Origin: a bacterium
Lineage (GTDB): Bacteria > Patescibacteriota > Minisyncoccia > Phycocordibacterales > JAKAEA01
NCBI GenBank assembly: GCA_021818465.1
Contig: JAKAEA010000001.1
Span: 105,972 to 169,971 of the forward strand
DNA: 64,000 nt
Reading direction: 5' to 3'
The position numbers and the translations under genes are program-made. This document shows, piece by piece, positions 58,956 through 64,000 of the stretch (the stretch's first letter is position 1; every line of letters starts with the position of its first letter). The notes under the pieces were generated by a model that saw nothing but the letters and a program-made list of their open reading frames with translations, searched no databases and was not told the origin of the DNA.

Positions 58956-59725
58956 TTTCCATAAAAACGGAAAAAGATATTGTTTTGTTACGGGAAGGAG
59001 GCGCGCGTTTGGCGCGGATTTTAGCGGCAGTAGCGGCCGAAGTTAAACCGGGCGTTTCTACGGAGTATGTAAACAATCTTGCACAGACACTCATCTCTGA
59101 CGGCGGTGACACTTCAGCCTTTTTAAACTATCGTCCCAGTGGCGCGCAACGTCCCTATCCAGCTAGTCTCTGTGTTTCAATCAATGACGAAGTGGTGCAC
59201 GGTATTCCTAATGAAAAGCCGCGTCAGTTTGCTGCTGGTGATATTGTTAGTTTGGATCTCGGTCTCATTCACCGCGGTCTTATCACGGACCATGCCACCA
59301 CGATTGGTGTTGGTGTCATTACACCTGTTGCTCGCACGTTGCTTGCCGTTACGCAAGAAGCACTTGCTGTTGGAATTACAGCAGCTCGAGCTGGTAATAC
59401 GACTGGTGATATTGGTTTCGCTATTAGTAATTTTGTAAAAAGTCGTGGTGACTATGGCATCATTGAAGAGTTGACCGGTCATGGTGTTGGTTACAGTGTT
59501 CACGAAGATCCATTTGTACCTAATTTCGGTAAACCTAATCAGGGCGCACTTTTAAAACCTGGTATGGTTATTGCCATAGAGCCAATGCTTACGCTTGGCA
59601 GTAAGGATATCTTTCTTGATGATGACGGCTATACTATCCGTACCGCCGATGGCTCTTTAGCTGCACATTTTGAACACACTATCCTTATTACCGATGCTGA
59701 TCCAGAAGTGTTGACTCACGTATAA
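58952..59725 (+). CDS. map: Methionine aminopeptidase type I
   Basis: SINDEVVHG, GHGVG, HEDP, AIEPM, AHFEHT. Confidence 0.97.
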   Translation: MISIKTEKDIVLLREGGARLARILAAVAAEVKPGVSTEYVNNLAQTLISDGGDTSAFLNYRPSGAQRPYPASLCVSINDEVVHGIPNEKPRQFAAGDIVSLDLGLIHRGLITDHATTIGVGVITPVARTLLAVTQEALAVGITAARAGNTTGDIGFAISNFVKSRGDYGIIEELTGHGVGYSVHEDPFVPNFGKPNQGALLKPGMVIAIEPMLTLGSKDIFLDDDGYTIRTADGSLAAHFEHTILITDADPEVLTHV

Positions 59726-59753
59726 ATAGAGTCCAGTTTGCTATAATGCTCGC

Positions 59754-62516
59754 ATGGAAGTGAAAAAAAATCCTGAAATGGTGGCGAAACAGGGAGCAAT
59801 GACGCCGGCCGAGGAATTGGAACATTTGCGTCAAGAAGTGGCACGACGAGAAAAAGAGTTAGCCGCAGTAGGAACATCGCTAGAACGTGGAAGCGTGGTT
59901 TCTGAACAAATTCATCGCTATCAAGCAGCATCAACTGAAACAGTTTTGCATCCAGTGGCGCGTATGGAACCAGCAGCACTGCAGCGTGTAGTGCTCCGTC
60001 TTTCGCCTGAACCGCATGATGTCAAGATGGCCGAGTTACTCTCCATTTTAAATGAAAAAGGTATCAAGAACGCACTGCGCGTAGTAGAAGAACTCAATGA
60101 TCCACATGTTGTAGATGATTTCCATCGATTTTTAGTTGAATACATTAAAGAAGGGTATCCGGTGACGGGACTTGTGCCTCGCTCCGAACTTTTTCAAGCA
60201 CTGCATATGACACTCTATGAAGTGTCGTTACCTGATGCGGTAGAAACTACTGGTCAACGCCCTCTTAAGGAACTGGTGTCAGCGATGGATCAATTTTACG
60301 CTGGAATGATTTCTCAAACACACACCGCCACTCCTTTTACGCTTGAAATAGCTAATCCGAATCATAGTCAGGAGGCTATTGTGTATGCAGGTATTCCGGA
60401 CAACCAAAAAGCACTTTTTGAAAAGCAAATTGTGGCACTTTTTCCTCGAGCAAAAATTAAAGAGCTAGCTGATGATTATAATATTTTTGCTGAGCCAAGT
60501 GATACGGCAGGCGCGATAGCGACGCTTTCAAAATATTCGGTGTATCCTCTTAAAGTATATGAACATTTTGACCACGACCCCCTCAATGTTATTCTGAATA
60601 CTTTTTCAAAAATTCAAAAAGACAATGAAGGGGCGGCGATGCAAATTGTGTTTCGCCCAACGCGAACAGAGTATCATAAAAAATATCAACGTATCATTGA
60701 GGGTGTTACTAAGGGAAAACCCATTAAAGACCTTTTACCTAAAAGTTTTGGGGAGGAACTCTGGGGCGATCTTAAGGATACCTTTTTTGGTCCTTCAGCT
60801 GAACAAAAAAAGAAAGAAGAAGAAAAAAAGAAACAGGAACCGCTGGCCATCGACCAAAATCTCGTAGCAACACTCAATGAAAAAATAAGTGCACCAATGT
60901 GCGAAGTGAATATTCGATTACTGGTCTCCACCACAACCCCAATAGATTCTGAGCGAATTTTGGCTGAATTTGAGGCGGCTTTTAATCAATTTGAAAATAC
61001 ACTAGGTAATAAACTTGTGTTTGAAAAGGTGAAGGGTAAAAAATTAGCACAACTCACTGAAAGCTTTTCTTTTCGGGAATTTTCTGAAAAACACAGTATA
61101 GCCCTCAATTTTAAAGAAGCGGCGACATTATTTCATTTTCCAGAGCGCATTGCCGGCGCGGCGCCCCAGGTGCGGCAAGCCAAGTCTGGTGCGGCCGCCG
61201 CGCCGGTGGACGTGCCACAAGACGGCACACTACTTGGTGTGAATCATTTCCGTAATCTAGAAACAAAAGCCTACATAACCAAAGACGATCGTCTGCGCCA
61301 CTTTTATGTGATTGGTCAAACAGGTACAGGTAAGACGACGCTGCTCAAAAATATGATTACCCAAGACATTGCCCAAGGTGAAGGTGTTTGTATGATTGAT
61401 CCCCATGGTGCAGATATCGTCGATGTGTTAGCCAATATACCCAAGAGTCGCTATGACGACGTTATTTATTTTGATCCAAGCTATACAGCACGACCGATGG
61501 GACTCAATATGCTTGAATATGACCAGAATTTTCCTGAACAAAAAACGTTTGTGGTCAATGAACTGTTGAGTATATTCAAAAAACTCTATGGTGCTGTTCC
61601 AGAGAGTATGGGTCCAGCTTTTGAGCAATATTTTAGAAACTCAGCACTTCTCGTTATGGAACATCCTGCATCAGGTAACACACTTTTGGATGTATCACGA
61701 GTTTTGTCTGATCGTGACTATCGTAAGTTCAAACTTTCTGTGTGTAAAAATCCACTCATCAGTCAATTTTGGACTAACGCTGAAAAAACAACAGGTGAGC
61801 AAGGACTCGCTAACTATGTACAATACGTCACTAATAAATTTGATGTTTTCTTGACCAATGACATTATGCGGCCAGTTGTTACGCAAGAACATTCCTCATT
61901 TAATTTTCGGGATATTATGGATAACCGTAAGATTTTGCTCGTTAACCTTGCTAAGGGTAAACTCGGTGACATCAATGCTAATCTTATCGGTCTAATTCTT
62001 GTGGGCAAGATTTTAATGGCAGCACTGTCTCGAGCTGATTCCATCGGTAAAGATTTGCCTCCATTTTATCTATACATTGACGAATTTCAAAACGTTACCA
62101 CTGATTCTATCGCCACTATTCTTTCTGAGGCTCGTAAGTATAAATTATCACTCACGGTTGCTCATCAGTTTATTGCACAGCTTCAAGAGAATATTCGTGA
62201 TGCGGTGTTTGGTAACGTCGGTTCACTCGGAGTGTTTCGGGTCGGTAGCGCCGATGCTGAATTTTTAGAGAAACAATTTACGCCAACATTTAAAGCGGCA
62301 GATATTGTTAATATTGAAAATCGTCATATGTATTTGAAATTGCTTATGCATGGCCGACCAGCGACGCCTTTTAACGTTGAAACCTTGCCGCCGCTCGCCG
62401 GTGACCATTCTAAATTAGACGCTTTGAAGCAGCTTTCATATTTAAAATATGGCCGTGATCGTGCTACGGTAGAAATGGAAATTATGGCAAAGTATCAAAA
62501 ACAAGATCATGTTTAA
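59754..62516 (+). CDS. VirD4/TraG-like (DUF87/TrwB-type) ATPase, CPR type
   Basis: RHFYVIGQTGTGKT Walker A, IDPHG, YIDEFQ Walker B, SEARKY, AHQFIAQL. Confidence 0.88.
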   Translation: MEVKKNPEMVAKQGAMTPAEELEHLRQEVARREKELAAVGTSLERGSVVSEQIHRYQAASTETVLHPVARMEPAALQRVVLRLSPEPHDVKMAELLSILNEKGIKNALRVVEELNDPHVVDDFHRFLVEYIKEGYPVTGLVPRSELFQALHMTLYEVSLPDAVETTGQRPLKELVSAMDQFYAGMISQTHTATPFTLEIANPNHSQEAIVYAGIPDNQKALFEKQIVALFPRAKIKELADDYNIFAEPSDTAGAIATLSKYSVYPLKVYEHFDHDPLNVILNTFSKIQKDNEGAAMQIVFRPTRTEYHKKYQRIIEGVTKGKPIKDLLPKSFGEELWGDLKDTFFGPSAEQKKKEEEKKKQEPLAIDQNLVATLNEKISAPMCEVNIRLLVSTTTPIDSERILAEFEAAFNQFENTLGNKLVFEKVKGKKLAQLTESFSFREFSEKHSIALNFKEAATLFHFPERIAGAAPQVRQAKSGAAAAPVDVPQDGTLLGVNHFRNLETKAYITKDDRLRHFYVIGQTGTGKTTLLKNMITQDIAQGEGVCMIDPHGADIVDVLANIPKSRYDDVIYFDPSYTARPMGLNMLEYDQNFPEQKTFVVNELLSIFKKLYGAVPESMGPAFEQYFRNSALLVMEHPASGNTLLDVSRVLSDRDYRKFKLSVCKNPLISQFWTNAEKTTGEQGLANYVQYVTNKFDVFLTNDIMRPVVTQEHSSFNFRDIMDNRKILLVNLAKGKLGDINANLIGLILVGKILMAALSRADSIGKDLPPFYLYIDEFQNVTTDSIATILSEARKYKLSLTVAHQFIAQLQENIRDAVFGNVGSLGVFRVGSADAEFLEKQFTPTFKAADIVNIENRHMYLKLLMHGRPATPFNVETLPPLAGDHSKLDALKQLSYLKYGRDRATVEMEIMAKYQKQDHV

Positions 62517-63135
62517 AAAAAATTCCCCAGCAACACACCCCAAACACGAACGCACTTTAGTGCTCATTAAACCCGACGCTATTCAACGATCGCTTGTGGG
62601 TGAAATTATTCGTCGCTATGAACGAGCCGGTCTTAAACTCGTAGCTCTTAAAATGTTCGTTCCCACAAAAGAGCAAATAGAACAACACTACACACTTGAC
62701 CCTCATTGGCGTCGAGTAACTGGCGAGAAAACAATTAAAAGTTATCTTGATAGAGGATTAGAACCACCCGTGAAGGATCCTTTAGACGTAACACGTATTC
62801 TTCTCGAGCGTTTAACGCGCTATATGACGTCTGGTCCAATACTGGCGGCCGTGTGGCAAGGCGCTCATGCCGTTGCTATTGTTCGCAAACTTACTGGCGG
62901 CACCGAACCGCTTACGTCTGATGTTGGCACTATTCGTGGTGATTTTGTTCTCGATTCCTATCAAATGACTGATAGGGATGGTCGCAGTATTCGCAATCTT
63001 GTGCACGCTTCTGGTTCAATCGCTGAAGCGGAGCAGGAAATAGCTCACTGGTTTTCACCAACAGAACTTATTAATTATCGCCTTGTTGCCGAACAAATTC
63101 TGTATGATGTTAATATGGATGGTATTTTCGAATAA
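62509..63135 (+). CDS. ndk: Nucleoside diphosphate kinase
   Basis: ERTLVLIKPD, GTIRGDF, NLVHAS. Confidence 0.96.
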   Translation: MFKKNSPATHPKHERTLVLIKPDAIQRSLVGEIIRRYERAGLKLVALKMFVPTKEQIEQHYTLDPHWRRVTGEKTIKSYLDRGLEPPVKDPLDVTRILLERLTRYMTSGPILAAVWQGAHAVAIVRKLTGGTEPLTSDVGTIRGDFVLDSYQMTDRDGRSIRNLVHASGSIAEAEQEIAHWFSPTELINYRLVAEQILYDVNMDGIFE

Positions 63136-63245
63136 AAGAGAGTAACAAAATTATGAAGCTGAAAGTACAGTAGCGATAACGTTTATTTTTGTGTTCCAAT
63201 AGAAAAAAACTTGTTTCTCTTGATGCGATGGAGGTATACTACTTC

Positions 63246-63387
63246 TAGTCGCGAGATATTGCTTTAGATTATTTTTTTTCAGGGAGCTTTAATCGTGTTC
63301 GGTCCAATGAGGATTCTTCGGAATCTACAGACGATCGGCGCTGCGAGCACCCACCTAGTGTATACTAGGGTCAATATCGCGCGACTA
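63246..63387 (+). ncRNA. ssrS: 6S RNA (compact, about 142 nt)
   Basis: Closing stem TAGTCGCG-A-GATATTG/CAATATC-G-CGCGACTA, U-rich bubble, GGGAGC and GCACCCACCT motifs as in Firmicutes-type 6S RNA; TATACT at 63235 and terminator immediately after. Confidence 0.82.
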
Positions 63388-63420
63388 CCTAAAAACCGCT
63401 CCACGTGAGCGGTTTTTAGG
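63388..63420. terminator. Intrinsic terminator after 6S RNA
   Basis: CCTAAAAACCGCTC-CACGT-GAGCGGTTTTTAGG. Confidence 0.88.
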
Positions 63421-63443
63421 TAGTGCGTGGTATACTAATTTTA

Positions 63444-63821
63444 ATGAAACTATCGCGAGCAATTCTCGTAATCAGCTTGGCCCTCGTTGTTTTGTTTTTA
63501 TACGTGGCCGGTCTTATCCTAGAATTTCATTGGCGAATGGGTTGGTATGATCATGTGGTACACACTCTTGCTGGTGCAATGGCCTCACTCGCTATTTTTT
63601 CTTTGTACGCAATGCGCGCTATCACTAAACGTCCAGGTGCCCTCTTTGCGGGTGCTTTCTTGGTTTCGCTTGTAGTCGGTACGTTGTGGGAAATTTTTGA
63701 ATTACGTGCCGGTATCACCTCTTTTTCTCATCGAGGATATGCTGTAGATACAGCGTTAGATATTGTTTTTGATATTGTTGGCGGTTGGCTTGCTGCCGGC
63801 TATATTCTTATTTTTAAATAA
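63444..63821 (+). CDS. Small membrane protein, VanZ/DUF2238-like
   Basis: WYDHVVH..AG, WEIFE, DT.LDI.FD..GG; four TMs. Confidence 0.8.
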   Translation: MKLSRAILVISLALVVLFLYVAGLILEFHWRMGWYDHVVHTLAGAMASLAIFSLYAMRAITKRPGALFAGAFLVSLVVGTLWEIFELRAGITSFSHRGYAVDTALDIVFDIVGGWLAAGYILIFK

Positions 63822-63829
63822 ACATTTTT

Positions 63830-64000
63830 ATGTCTTCTATACATACATCATCTGTATCACCCCACATGTCTATAACATTTTGTGGTGGCACTGGCTCGGT
63901 AACTGGTGCTAATTTTTTGTTCGAAATTGACACATCGGCCTACTCAAAAAATAAATCATTCAAAATTCTTGTTGATTGCGGTTTGGAGCAGGGGAGTGAA
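63830..64000 (+). CDS. MBL-fold beta-CASP RNA-processing hydrolase, 5' part
   Basis: ITFCGGTGSVTGANFL..ILVDCGLEQG; runs off window. Confidence 0.85.
   Translation, partial: MSSIHTSSVSPHMSITFCGGTGSVTGANFLFEIDTSAYSKNKSFKILVDCGLEQGSE

Noticed and set aside
59754-62516. ATPase as part of an integrative conjugative element
   Set aside because: No relaxase, integrase or mating-pair genes nearby; flanked by core genes
1-64000. Recoded UGA (genetic code 25 of Gracilibacteria/Absconditabacteria)
   Set aside because: Long conserved ORFs are intact in code 11 and TGA acts as stop (3170, adk 58953-58955)

Overview
Core chromosomal segment of a Patescibacteria (CPR) genome, most consistent with Parcubacteria (inferred from loss of rpmD/L30, FKBP-less trigger factor, split ComEC, CPR-type VirB6/VirD4-like and peptidoglycan-binding proteins, near absence of Shine-Dalgarno sites; standard code 11). 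Left to right: a surface/secretion cluster, rsmA, pcrA, a LysM-M23 peptidase, a frameshifted comM, dksA-like, pnp-NYN-rpsO, xer-xth, CCA-adding enzyme, an AT-rich island with four tRNAs, yraN and an RNHCP gene, hup, rny, clpP, rsmE, tig, ppa, nusA, a type IV pilus operon, tpiA-pgk, recJ-rnhA-comEC, sod, the str/S10/spc ribosomal protein cluster to secY-adk-map, a VirD4-like ATPase, ndk, a compact 6S RNA and a partial beta-CASP nuclease. No mobile element or CRISPR was seen. The most notable unexplained signals are non-coding: (1) an orphan promoter-rod hairpin-terminator RNA unit at 17.8-18.1 kb; (2) an AT-rich locus at 19.9-20.6 kb combining parS-like palindromes, DnaA-like boxes and an unknown repeated RTGTCYTTTA box; (3) a -1 frameshift at an A7 run in comM; (4) structured leaders before nusA, tuf and the M23 gene. 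All structures were paired by eye; no database searches or folding were run.
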